DNA of 64,000 bases from Okamejei kenojei (lineage: Eukaryota): assembly GCA_035221665.1 (NCBI GenBank), contig CM069132.1:32860001-32924000 (forward strand), given 5' to 3'. Below the pieces are notes generated by a model that did not search any database, had not been told where the DNA came from, and saw only the letters and a program-made list of their open reading frames with translations. Below are positions 11,930-23,039 of the stretch, in pieces; the first letter of the stretch is position 1, and every line of letters begins with the position of its first letter. Both the position numbers and the translations under genes were made by a program.

Positions 11930-12880
11930 TGAGTTCGGGAACCGTTCAGGGAACAGAAACTTAAAACAGTATCTGCAAACGTCGCAGGAGTGGCCACAGG
12001 TTTATTATAAAACCATTGAAACGTGCCTTCATTGGCCCAGCCTGCTGTTGCAAGGACATGATCCATGGGACCTCCAGGCCCTCGCCGCTGATGTGGACGC
12101 AGCCCTGGTAGAATGATTTAAAATCTCAATGTCTACCCCTGCTGCAACCAACACCTCCCTGAGCCACCTGGAAAAGTCTGCACAGTTACCCTGTAGTGCG
12201 GGCGTTTAAAACTGATAAATAGACCTGTTTCCATTCCCCTTAAGTTTTGAGTGACTTTAATATAATGTCAGAGATGGGTGGCTATACAGGGGCGTACATC
12301 AATGGGATATGTGTGGAATTCCAATTTAAGATCGGTTGTTCCAGATCTATGATGTTTAAGTAACTCATCTATAAAAAAGGTTACCTTGGTGGGGGTCGAG
12401 ACCATCCTGTCCAATTTCAGTTTGTGGGGGGTCTGGACCCGCTGTGCTATAATGAGTGCCATCAACATCACCACTTTATAGGTGAGTTTACAAGTGGAAG
12501 TGCCGAAACTGGTGACCAACTCCTGAGTAGGGTCAACGCTACCCCTATATCCCAGGTCACAGTGTATCGTGGTCTCAGAAGGATTGTAATTAAAAAATAC
12601 GCCTCATAAGTTTTGACACCATTGGGTGGGATCCCACTCCAAGTCTGAGGTAGGACGACAATGCACTTCTAGCACTATTGATGGTACTGTAGCTGAGGCC
12701 CTCATCATAGTGAAGGCCCGCGAGGAATTCCGGCACATCTGTGATGGTGGCAGTCATAGGTGATATTAGTCCTGGAACAGAAGACCTCCCATTGCTTACA
12801 TGGGTAAGGTATTGCTCCCTAGTGGACTCTCTGCATGACGCCGTGATGATGTCCATGGTCCTGTTCGACAGTCCGAGTTC
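11930..12880 (-). pseudogene. DIRS tyrosine recombinase (frameshifted)
   Basis: ORFs 12590-12979, 12268-12519 and 11860-12066 give successive YR segments including the HxxR box and a C-terminal catalytic Y context (FYNKP). Confidence 0.85.
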
Positions 12881-13483
12881 CAGCAAAGGTCTCTTCAGAA
12901 TCTGCAAGCCAACAGGTTCAGATGACCATGGCACGGATGACTCCCCCCTGATATGGGATGTGTCAGGAGGTTCGGGCATTTAGGAATCTGCACCCATGGT
13001 TCCAGCACCATGCCGAGGAATCTGATGGTTCAATCTGGACACAAAGAGGTTGATATCTGGTGTGCCATACATTCGGTGTTGTCATTGAATTTTGGAACCA
13101 GACCCCATTACCTCCATGGTTACTGGTGGGGCGTGGCCTTCCGTACTTGGTTTTTGGGATGTTGTGGCGCCGTGGTGTGAGGTTGACGCATTTTCCAAGC
13201 AGGTCGCTATGTCCTTGGTCTAAAAAAGACCCCTGTGGGTGAGGCGTGACCTTTGGGTTTGCACCCGTCACCCTATCAGGGTGAAACCAGGGCCTGTTGG
13301 GTGTTGCATATGGATTCTGCCATCGATATGCTGGTGGCCTGCTGGAGGAAGGTGGTTTTATCATGCTCTTAGCTTCCTCGTCTAGGTCTTTGACCTGTTT
13401 GGACAGGTCATCCCCAAACAACAAGCTTGGTGCTGGCGTAGCGCTAGTTTTACACAACCTCTGCCGCCCGTCCATGGCGTCTG

Positions 13484-13845
13484 GACTGAAGCGGTGGAGA
13501 GTCAGTGACTGCCGCTCCTGCGGGGATGCACAACTTCCTTGTAGATCTGCCGCCAGTCCGCGGTCTTCCAGACTGAGGCGGTGTGGAATCGGTGCCAGCC
13601 ACTCCAGCGGGGCTACTCGACATGTGTGCGGATTTGCCACCTGTCCGCAGTCTTCCAGACTGAGGCGGTGTGGAGTGTGTGCCAGCCGCTCCAGCGGGGC
13701 TACACAACATCTGCGCGGGCCTGCCGCTAGTCCGCGGTCTTCTGGACTGATGCGGCGGATAGTCAGTGCCAGCCGCTCCAGCGGGGCTACTCGACTTGTG
13801 TGCAGATTTGCCACCTGTCCCTGTTCTTCCGGACTGAGGCGGTGA
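13484..13845. repeat. 87-bp tandem repeat (~4.2 units) with A/B alternation (174-bp higher-order unit)
   Basis: gactga(g/a/t)gcgg anchors at 13484, 13571, 13658, 13745 and 13832. Confidence 0.9.
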
Positions 13846-15734
13846 GCCGGGGCCTGCCGTTAGAACAGGGCTCTCTGATTTCTGCACTCTTTCGCTGCTA
13901 GTCCGCGGTCGTGCTGACTGAAGCTGTGGGGAGTCGGGATCTTGGCTACCCTGCTCCCGCGCGGTCCCCCCGCCAGTTCTCAGTTTCCTGGACTGTGGCG
14001 GTAGAGAGTTGGGTCCCGACTGAGCGGGGCTCCCCGACGTCCGCGCTGTCTTCCCGGCCCGAGGTACGGGTGCTGCCGGAAGATCTATGGTCAGCTACGG
14101 TGATGTTGGCCGCCGACCTCGCTCCGAAGTCCCGCGGCTTTCAATGGCATGCTTGAAAGCATTCTTCTATTTGCTCCTTCTCTCCATTACGAAGTTTCTG
14201 TAAGGGATTTAAACAATACAGAAACCCAACCAACTCAAGGTTAGTAAAACTTACCTGTTGGTCCTATTTTAAGCTGCCGGCAGAGGAGCGTGCTGAAGCC
14301 GCTGGCTCCACCGCCAGCGACTCGAAAAAGCGAACTCAACCGCCGCCCGCTACCCGCACTCCGTGGTCTCTGTAGCAGGTTCCCCGCGGTCCGTGGGTGG
14401 GATTCTCTGAGGTCGTGACCGGGATTCCCTGTGGTCCGTGACTGGGGTTCCCTGCGGTCCATAAAGGCTTCGTCCTCGCCCATATTTAGCAGGACCTCTG
14501 TAAGGCTTACAGAGATTCCTGCAAACATAACTTGGGAACAAGTTAAAAAAAACTTACCTTCAGGTTTGGCCCCTGGTGGAGCAGCACACCCCCCCCAGTC
14601 AGACGTTGCGTAATGCGATTCCCTTCTTCAGAGTCAGCCTAGACCTGACTCCTTATGCTCCCCTGCGAAGAGGGTGAGCATTTGGCAGCCCTGTAAAGGG
14701 TACTGCCGTGCGTCTGCTCGGAGACCCATGGTGACCAGACTCCTGCTGGAGTGTGCCATGTAGGAGGTAGTGCTCCCCACCTGCTCATGTGGGAATATAG
14801 ATTGCCCCAAACGGCAAGTCTGTGAGCCTGGACCCCGCCGGGTCAACGGGCTTGCCCACTTCCGACAGTGGTGCTTAGAACATTTTAGGTAGGCGCATGG
14901 CAGCCCAGCGTTTGAGTCGGGGCCCCGGCTCTGTCTTTGCTACCTCTACCGCCAGTGATGCCGCCAGTCCTGCGGGCTGCGGTCTGTTTCTGCCGCCGCT
15001 GACTGCCCGCGTCCCGCGGTCCGCAGTCAGTCTCATGAGGCGGCCCGTTGGTGGGGTACTCCGTCCCACAGAGCCCCTGAAAGAAAAAAACAACCTCAGG
15101 TTAGTTCACCTTACCTACAGGTCCGTTCCAGTGGAGGAGCAACCCTCCTCCCTGCCTGTCACCTAATTCACATTATTTGTGACTTGCCTCAAATGCACAA
15201 CAGCACTAAATGTACAGATACAAATGGGCACACATTCCCAGATTTGCCTGCTTCCAAGATTTGGTTCCATTGAAATTGAGAGGTTTGATCAGACTCTGAA
15301 AAGAACAGAAGATAGCTATTTATTACAGCTTGAAACTGATATCCAAAAGAGCTTTGACTTCAGTAACATTAGAGTGGTGTCCAAACCGTTCATTAGTAGA
15401 AAGTTGTTAATACGACAGGACATGAAATTTACCATCAGAAGAAACTTGACACCTTCTGAGCTTAGGCTACCCACCAGGAATCTTATTCAGTTGCCACTTT
15501 TCCAATCAACATGTTCTGACTCTTAAGTTGGGGAAGAGGGTGGGAGAAATAAATTAGTTGCAACCAGAAATGGTTTAGAATTGCTACCAATTTTTATCCT
15601 TAAAGGATTGAACAGATTAATTAAATATGAGCCACTGATTTTACCTGTGTAATCATACATTTCTTTTTTGTTAGTTTAAGGTTAAGTAAAGGATATGTAT
15701 ATTATATTAATTCATAATTAGACCAGAACATTTT

Positions 15735-15980
15735 TGTCTGTGGACTTTGCACGTTCTCTGTGATCGTGCAGGTTTCCTTCGGGTGCTCCAGTTTCCTCTC
15801 ATCCCAAAGATATGCAGGGTTGTAGGTTAAATGGCCTCTGCAACCTGCCCCTAATGCGTATGGAGTGGATGAGAAAGTGGTATTGCATAGAACTTGTGTG
15901 AAAGGCTGATCGATAGTTGGTGTGCAGTAAGTTGGTCAAAGGGCCTGTTTCTGTGCTGTATCTCTAAACTAAACTAATAA
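15735..15980 (+). mobile_element. HE1-like SINE, 5'-truncated
   Basis: Core plus gggcctgtttctgtgctgtatctc(taaac)n tail. Confidence 0.75.
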
Positions 15981-16261
15981 AACCTGAACTAAACATTATA
16001 ATCCACTCTCCAATCTGTCAGAGATTGTTTAACATTGCTGACGCATTGCTGGATATGTATCACTTACTGGTTGTGAATAATGGGGCATATAGCACCTGAT
16101 CAGGTTTAGGTCTTGAATATGTCCTGACAATTTTACCTGCTGCCTCACTATCCTTTGTGGCTGACCTTGAGGTCATGCATGCTGCTGCTCCTGCTGCTGC
16201 CCACTATCCATCAGCCTGAGGGTCAAACCTGGTCCAGTTTATAACCTGCTGACAGATTTTG

Positions 16262-16386
16262 TCTTGGGGCTAAAGGAATCAAGGGATATGGGGAAAAAGG
16301 AGGAATGCGGTACTGATTTTAGATGATCAGCTGGCTCGAAGGGCTGAATGGCCTACTCCTGCATCTATTTTTCTATGTTTCTATGA
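16262..16386 (+). mobile_element. CR1 tail fragment
   Basis: gggctgaatggcctactcctgc...(ctatgttt)n. Confidence 0.7.
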
Positions 16387-16935
16387 CACTACTTTAACTA
16401 AATATTAGAGACAATTAAAAATAATTGGAATATATTTGTAATTTAAAATGAAAAATCACATTCTATGGTAATTTAATTTTTTTTTTAATATTAGGGTGAA
16501 ATAACACGTTTAGTTTAATTCAAAAATAGAATTAGACCTTTGGTTCCCTTTCTATGCAGGCCAATTACCCCATTCAAATGCTACTTTGGCCAGAGCGAGC
16601 TGACATAAGGCTCAGAATGATGTATTCATTCCTCAGCTCTGTTTGACACCGAACCAACCAACAGCTCAGTGGGTGAGTCATGGGGTGGAACAGGAGGTTG
16701 TTGTGCTGACATCTGACCTCCAGTATGTTCCATGGTGCGATACCGCAATCCTCAGGCACAGAAATCGGGAAAGGACAGACTCATAATAAATGCCTTGCTG
16801 ACACTTCTTCAATCTGCCGGCAAGGTAGGAGCATACTTCAGGCTAATTTTTCCAATACTGTATTCTTCACCACAACCTGAAAATAGATACAAGGCATCAC
16901 TGATTTGAAAATGATAGAGAAAAGTTGAGCTGAAG

Positions 16936-17042
16936 GAGTCTGAAGAAGGGGCTTGATCAGAAACGTCACCCATTCCGTCTCTGCAAATATGCTACCTGTC
17001 CTGCTGAGTTACTCCAGCATTTTGTGTTGGTGAAAACCAGCA
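16936..17042 (+). repeat. Penelope pLTR-derived short repeat
   Basis: gtctgaagaagg...gaaacgtcacccattc...ctgagttactccagcattttgtg. Confidence 0.75.
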
Positions 17043-17526
17043 TAATGGTTATTTATCAGTACTGGTAATATATGTATTTCTTAACTGTCACCATCACCTG
17101 TTTACTATCCCACTTTGGAGCACAGATTGGCTTAGATTACTGATTCAAAAACTACTATTCCACACAACTTTGTAAATGTCTGAAGCAGAAGCAGAAATAC
17201 AAGTTGGAACCTCAGAGTGGAGCAATTCATGCATCATGCCAAACAGCATGTCAAGCAGCAAAGATGCCCAGTGACAAAACTCTCCCAAAAACACAGTGTG
17301 GTCATTCATTCTCTAGAAAACCTATTTGGAATTCGCAAGACCAACCTTTGTTTTATTAAGCTTAAACCTAAAAAGTTAAAAACAAGTCCACAAAAGGGTC
17401 CGGCATAGTGGTGCAGTGGTCGTGTTGCTTTCAGAGACCTGTCAGAAGGGTTCGATCCTTACTCTAGTGCTGTCTGTGCGGTGTTTGCACATTTTCCCTG
17501 GTGCAAATAATCCATGTATATATCTG

Positions 17527-17712
17527 GAGACAAAAGGAACTGCAGATGCTGAAATCTAGAGCAAAACACAAAGTGCTGGAGAAACTCTGTGGTTCAGGCA
17601 GCATTTGTGGGCAATGATCTTAAGAAGGGTCCCAGCCCTAAATGCCACCTGTCAATTGTCTCCAGAGATGTTGCTTGACCAGCTGAGTTCCTCCAGCACT
17701 TTGTCTTTTGCC
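17527..17712. repeat. Palindromic pair of Penelope pLTR-derived repeats
   Basis: ggaactgcagatgctg..aaagtgctggag (minus copy), then tccagagatg..ctccagcactttg (plus copy). Confidence 0.7.
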
Positions 17713-17927
17713 AATGTATTACTTATCTCGTATATTGATACTATTCATAGGTGTAAGAATATTAGCTCAATCTATGAAATATAGGATGGAAATGGGTGAT
17801 CATACTTGGAGCGTCTAGATACTGTGCAAAGTGACTGTATTTCAACTTGGAGGTGGACTTTTGCCCGTGATACTTGTCACCAGAACTATAGCCCAGCACC
17901 AGGGCAGTGGAGGTTCCACACGCATCA

Positions 17928-18088
17928 AGGGCCTGTCCCACTTACGCGACCTTGGCTTGCAAATTACCTGACCTCACGGTCGCTTGAGGCGTACGGGCAC
18001 CGTATGGCCGCGCGGGGCCGGTCCCACTTAGAAGCACGGGGCTGGTCGCGCCAAACTCATGCAATCGCATGCAAGTGGGACAGGCCCT
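17928..18088. mobile_element. PIF/Harbinger-type MITE, TSD TCA
   Basis: TIRs agggcctgtcccactt / aagtgggacaggccct; TCA at 17925-17927 and 18089-18091. Confidence 0.85.
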
Positions 18089-18121
18089 TCAGTAAACTCC
18101 ACCACTGTACAGTGTAGAAGG

Positions 18122-18660
18122 CCATTTGGCTTCCCGCTGCACTCTTGGTGAGGCATCAACTGTTCTTCAGCCAAGCTAATATGTATAATGTGCATCACGA
18201 TTTACCCTTATCACTGCAGCCACAGACGGCATACAGACAATTTCCAGCACAAATGAGATCTCTTTTCCTGCAGGAAGAGCTTGCACTTGCTCACTGCTTA
18301 ACATGGGTGACCTTGGGCAAAGAAAGTGTGCAGGACTGTGTCCATTTTTCTGATGGCAGGTATTAAACCTTTCTGCTTCCACAATCTTAATACCACTAGT
18401 GCACAATCTGGACCATCCAGTGACAAGCTGGCTGCTGATGGACCAGGGAAATCCCTTCACTAACATGTTTACAACTCCATTCAGAAATCCACACACAGTT
18501 TCAGCATTTTAATATAGGCCAGAGGCTCACCACAAGAGAGCAGACCACTCCGGGGGGGGGAACAGTGGAGCAAGATGATGGAGAGAATGAGCAGTGAATG
18601 TGAAGTACAATCATGACCAGAGTTGTAAGGTTCGCAGAGCCAGAGCTCCAGCACACCATA
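18122..18660 (+). pseudogene. Highly decayed PIF/Harbinger (HARBI1-like) DDE transposase
   Basis: Ordered degenerate motifs: FGFP..GINC (cf. GFP..GAIDCTH), ESVQDC (cf. GSxHD), WLLMDQGNPFTNMFTTPFRNP (cf. WLLGDxGYPL..WLMTPLRNP), REQT (cf. IEQT). Multiple stops and frameshifts. Confidence 0.55.
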
Positions 18661-18872
18661 GTTCGACAACCACTGGAGCAGCTCTCAAACAATTCCTGCA
18701 TTCCAAACAATTTCACCACAGCACTAAGAACTTGAAGGCTGACACCACAAGAAAACTGAATAAACATTAACTTCTATAGTTTACAGAGAATTTTCAACAA
18801 ATTGCTGCACAGGAATAAAAAAATCCACATAGGTGAATATGTTCCGCATCAGCCACCCGTACTTATAGTTAC

Positions 18873-19083
18873 AACATAGAACAATACAGCAAAGGAACAG
18901 GCCCCTTGGCCGTCAATGTTCAAGCTGAACATGATGCCAAGTTACACTAATGTCGTCTGCCTGCACCCGATCTAGATCCTTCTATTCCCTGCAAAACCAT
19001 GTGCCTATCTAAGAGCTTCTTAAATGCCACTAACGTATTTGCCTCCACCACCATCCCTGGCAGCATATTTCAGGTACCTACCA
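18873..19083 (-). mobile_element. CR1/HER1-like LINE tail
   Basis: acatagaacaatacagc..ggaacaggcccctt..gcctccaccaccatccctggcagc. Confidence 0.7.
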
Positions 19084-19235
19084 TAAACTTATTAGCAGCA
19101 TCACATCAGTAAATGTAGTACTCCGTAGGTATGATAATAAACCACAAAACGGAGTTCAATTAAAAAAAAAATAACAACAGTGCAAAAACAATAACAAATC
19201 CGAAGTCCCTCGTACAATCAAGGCCTTTCTGAGTT

Positions 19236-21325
19236 TAGAAACAAAGAACTGCAGATGTTGGTTTATACAAAAGATAGGCACAAAGTGCTGGAGTAACTCA
19301 GTGGGTCAGGCAGCATCTCTGGAGAAAAAGTATGGGTGACATTTTGGGTTGAGGCCCTTCTTCAGACTGAAAGGGAGGTTGGGGAAGCTGAAGAACTGGA
19401 GGTGAGAAAATACCAGGACCAATTAGGACTGTCCCCAAATTACCTCCAGCAGGGTGTGCCCGGGAAGGTCCATGTTTAGGAAGGAACTGCAGATGCTGAT
19501 TTCGACACAAAATGCTGGAGTAACTCAGCGGTAGCATCTCTGGATAGAAGGAGTTCTAGAGGTGCTGCCTGTCCTGCAAAGTTACTCCAGCATTTTGTGT
19601 CTATCCTGGAAGGTACATTGTTGGTTAGGAAAAGTGTGATCTCCAGAAGGATACCATGTGGTGAACTATGGAACTGGTTAAATGACTCGGGTGGAGGAAG
19701 AGGGCAACAGGAGAGGGGATTGCAGGTAGAAATTACTTAAATTAGAGAATTCAACATTCAAATACTGGGTTGTAAACTACCCAAGCAAAATATGAGGTGC
19801 TGTTCCTCCAATTTGCATTTGGCCTCACTCTGGCAATGGAGTGGCCCAGGATAGAAAGATCAGTGTGGGGATGGGAAGGAGAGTGAAATGGTTGGAAAAT
19901 GGGAGACCTGTAGGCCTCGGCGGACCGAGCATAAGTGTCCAGCGAAATGGTTGCCAAGCCTACGTTTTGTCTTGTCGATGTACAGGAGCCCACATTGGGA
20001 ACACCAGATGCGGTAGATGATGTTCGAGGTGATATACAGGATGTAGGTATGTTACAATACTTACCTTGAGCGGCGCTGCAGTTCTGCCACTCCCCGTGTG
20101 CGCGACTGGCGCCTTTCAGAGGGGGGCGGGTATAAAATGCCGTTTGTCTCCAGACAATTCAAGTCGATCCATCTCAGGGGATTTCGTCGCTAAAGAGAAA
20201 TCACTCCAACATTTAATTTTTGAAGGTATTTTTAAACTACGCTAGATCATTTATTAGCTAGAGTAATTTAAAAATCATCTTCTAAAGCCGTGAGCACTGA
20301 CAACGGGAAGGATTTTAAGTAGGGGAGAAAAGAAGGTACACAGTTTATTTTTACATAAAAACGTGGTTCTTAGGAAGCATTTAATTAAATTTTCATGTTG
20401 CGAAAAGGGGCCAAAAAATATATACGAACCGGCAGTGTTGTTCCTGCCGACTGTGGGTTAAATTCACCGCAAACCGCAACGTTCCAATTCACTGCGTTCC
20501 ACTAAAACCCACTCGCAAGTTGATTTAAATGGCCATTAATTTACGGGAATTAAACACTAAATTCCATCCATTTGGCCTATAAATTCATGAAAATTAGATT
20601 TAAAAATCATGTTATATTGTGAATTATTGTGTGAATGTTATTTGGACACTTAGGCAATTTACAAATGTTTATCTTTTCTTAAGAAATGGATAGATGTTTA
20701 GATCTAGAATTTTGTAATTAGCTACAATTAGGTAACTAACTAATTATATGCTTTAGTTTCAGGTCATCCAAGTAAGATTGTTTCATATTTGTTTCAGAAT
20801 GCTTCAATCTATAATAACTGAAAATTTCACTGAGTTCTCTTAATTTTTAAGAAAGTTATGGGCTTTTGACTGTCCTTGATCACAGATTTGAGTTAAGTCA
20901 ATGGAAAGGCAATGGGGAACAAGATGCTAATTTCCGAGTATGAAAATGGCCATAACTTTTTTTAATACTGAAGATATGAAAATGAATTAGGTGTCAAATT
21001 AAACTTCTTTTTATGCTTTATCTGATGGGATAAATTGCAGACTTGATTTTTAAAATCTCAACATTTTGTAACGTTGCTACAGGATGTGAATATTTGTCAT
21101 ATTCACATCCTGTAGCAATGGATTTAAATTTAAAGGACTGTCTGGGCCCTTGGATGGAGTTGAGGGGGGATGTATAAGGACAGGTGTTCATCTCTCTGCA
21201 GTTGCAGGGGAAAGTACTTGGGGAGGCGATGGTTTGGTAGGACAGGATGAGTGAACCAAGGAGTTGCCGAGGGATTGGTCTCCATGGAAGGGGAAAAGGC
21301 TGGAGCTGGGAAGATGTGAATAGTG
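19236..21325 (-). mobile_element. Decayed Penelope-like element, split by the DNA transposon at 20044-21079
   Basis: pLTR repeats at 19236-19605, GIY-YIG remnants at 19740-20036, and the continuation TFPCNCREMNTCPYTSPLNSIQGPRQSF at 21134-21325 (homologous to 7860-7950). Confidence 0.8.
20044..21079. mobile_element. Non-autonomous DNA transposon with TAG...CTA termini and 7-bp TSD
   Basis: Imperfect TIR taggtatgttacaa / ttgtaacgttgcta; caggatg at 20037-20043 and 21080-21086; non-coding interior. Confidence 0.75.
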
Positions 21326-22090
21326 GTGGCATCCCTTTTTCTGCAGACATGCTGCCTGACCTGCTGAGTTATTTCAGCCCTTTGTTTCTATCAGTCCAGC
21401 GTTTAGTTACAGTTCCTAGTGTTCAATAGCCTGATGGATGTTGGGAAGAAACTGCTCCTGAAACTGAACGTTACAGTTGATGTAGTAGAAGTGGAACAAG
21501 TAATTATCAGATGTTGCTGATTTAGCCCCTCTCATGCTGAATCATGCGAGGGAAGATGAAGGAATGGGCCCACTGTATACAACAACTTCCTGGGGGAAGA
21601 GGGAGGAGGGATTCCAAACTGTTGTTCAAGTTATTCTGTCAGCAATACTCCTTCATTCACCTCAGCTGAAATGTGTCCCCCAACTGCTTGGCCCAATAGA
21701 ATGCTTTGCCAGTGGCTTTGAGCACTCAGCAAAAGCTTTTCTCTGTACCTCGGTCCACGTGACAATAAACTAATCTCAACTCAAGGTGATTGTTGTGCTC
21801 CACTTCTGGACATTGTACCCCTTGCAGGTTGGGACTTAAGAAATCTCTTATTGTTTCCCATTTCCCATCCACAATTGCACAAAGGAGGTTGGAAATGCCC
21901 TGTGTTCGAAGAGGCTTGAACACATGACGTTCCTCATTGCCACTAGAAGCAAATGATTACAACAGCATCACCAAAATTGTGGGCTTCTGGGACCACCTGC
22001 CTGGGAGGTAATATGGGTTGAACTTGTATAATGTACGACCAATATTTGCACAGCTAATATATGTGCAACCAACACATAATACATTACGTC

Positions 22091-22590
22091 ACCAGTCTGA
22101 GGAAGAGTCTCGACCCGAAACGTCGCCTATCTCCTTCGCTCCTTAGATGCTGCTGCACCCGCTGAGTTTCTCCAGCATTTTGTGTACCCTCGATTCTCCA
22201 GCATCTGCAGTTTCTTCGTTAACACATAATACATTACGTCTTCTTCAGCCTGAAGATGGGTCTTGACCTGAAAAGTCACCCATTCCTTCTCTGCAGAGAT
22301 GCTGCCTGTCCCGCTGAGTTATTCCAGCATTTTGTGGCTATCTTCGATTTAAACCAGAAGCTGCCGTTCTTTCCTACACTTAATATATTACACTGGTCAT
22401 GACGACAGCTCATAGTAGTATGGTACTTTAATTGTGCCGCAATTAATTATTGAGTCTGAAGAAGGGTCCCAACCTGAAATGTCACCTATTCCTTTTGTCC
22501 AGAGATGCTGTCTGATCTGCTGAATTACTCCAGTTTTTTTGTGTTTATCTTTGGTTTAAACCAGCATCTGCAGTTCCTTCCTACACAGTT
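22091..22590 (+). repeat. Three co-oriented Penelope pLTR-derived units
   Basis: Units at ~22091-22220, 22245-22378 and 22452-22587; the first is flanked by the 20-bp direct repeat aacacataatacattacgtc (22071-22090 / 22221-22240). Confidence 0.85.
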
Positions 22591-23039
22591 CATTATGCCA
22601 TTGATAGTTTAGCTTCCAGATCAAACCAAACAGTAACCACTGGTCGACAAGGGATAGCACTTGACCGAATGATTCCACTGTTCAATCCATGCACTCACTC
22701 ACTGGTGTCATCAATTATTCACCACCTTCCACTACAAGAGTGTGTTACTTAGTGTTGCTTAATGTACTCAGCGATATGTCTGTCATGGTTGAAAAACTGG
22801 CAGTGATCCAAAACTGAAAGATGTTGCTGCACTCTATGTGGCATTGTGTATGAGAGCATGAGGTAGTGCACAGATAGCAAACATGAGCTCTTTTTGAAAG
22901 AAGAGTGGTCGATAAGAATGAGGGTACTTGTGTAATGAGTAGTATGTATGAGTCAGTGGTGCAGTTGTTTGGAGATGAGATTTGAAAATTAATTCACTGA
23001 CCTTAACCTTGTGCATTTTGGTTCTTGGCATTTGACTCT

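Larger units (their letters stand above)
11870..15160 (-). mobile_element. DIRS1-type tyrosine-recombinase retrotransposon, non-autonomous (RT/RNase H deleted)
   Basis: YR motifs in broken frames: LSYSTINSARSALS, KLTYKVVMLMALIIAQRVQT, HSTRAASTS (~12085-12116), ATAGWANEGTFQWFYNKP; gag C-terminal LCK..LLFGDDLSKQVKDL; MT-like remnant YGTPDINLFVSRLNHQ (~13022-13069). Ends are approximate. Confidence 0.85.

Noticed and set aside
13297-13845. 182-aa plus-strand Arg/Ser/Cys-rich ORF
   Set aside because: Antisense reading of the GC-rich 87-bp repeat, which lacks stops by composition.
13484-13845. CRISPR-like array
   Set aside because: Whole units are homologous with no unique spacers, and the context is a eukaryotic retrotransposon.
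14496-14514. Small perfect palindrome ctctgtaag-g-cttacagag in the DIRS leader
   Set aside because: 9-bp arms with a 1-nt loop are too short to interpret alone.
15179-15526. 115-aa ORF beside the DIRS element
   Set aside because: Non-ATG start, no motif and no splice support.
16560-16672. Possible exon (ttctatgcag ... gtgagt)
   Set aside because: Stops in all three frames; a non-coding exon cannot be excluded.
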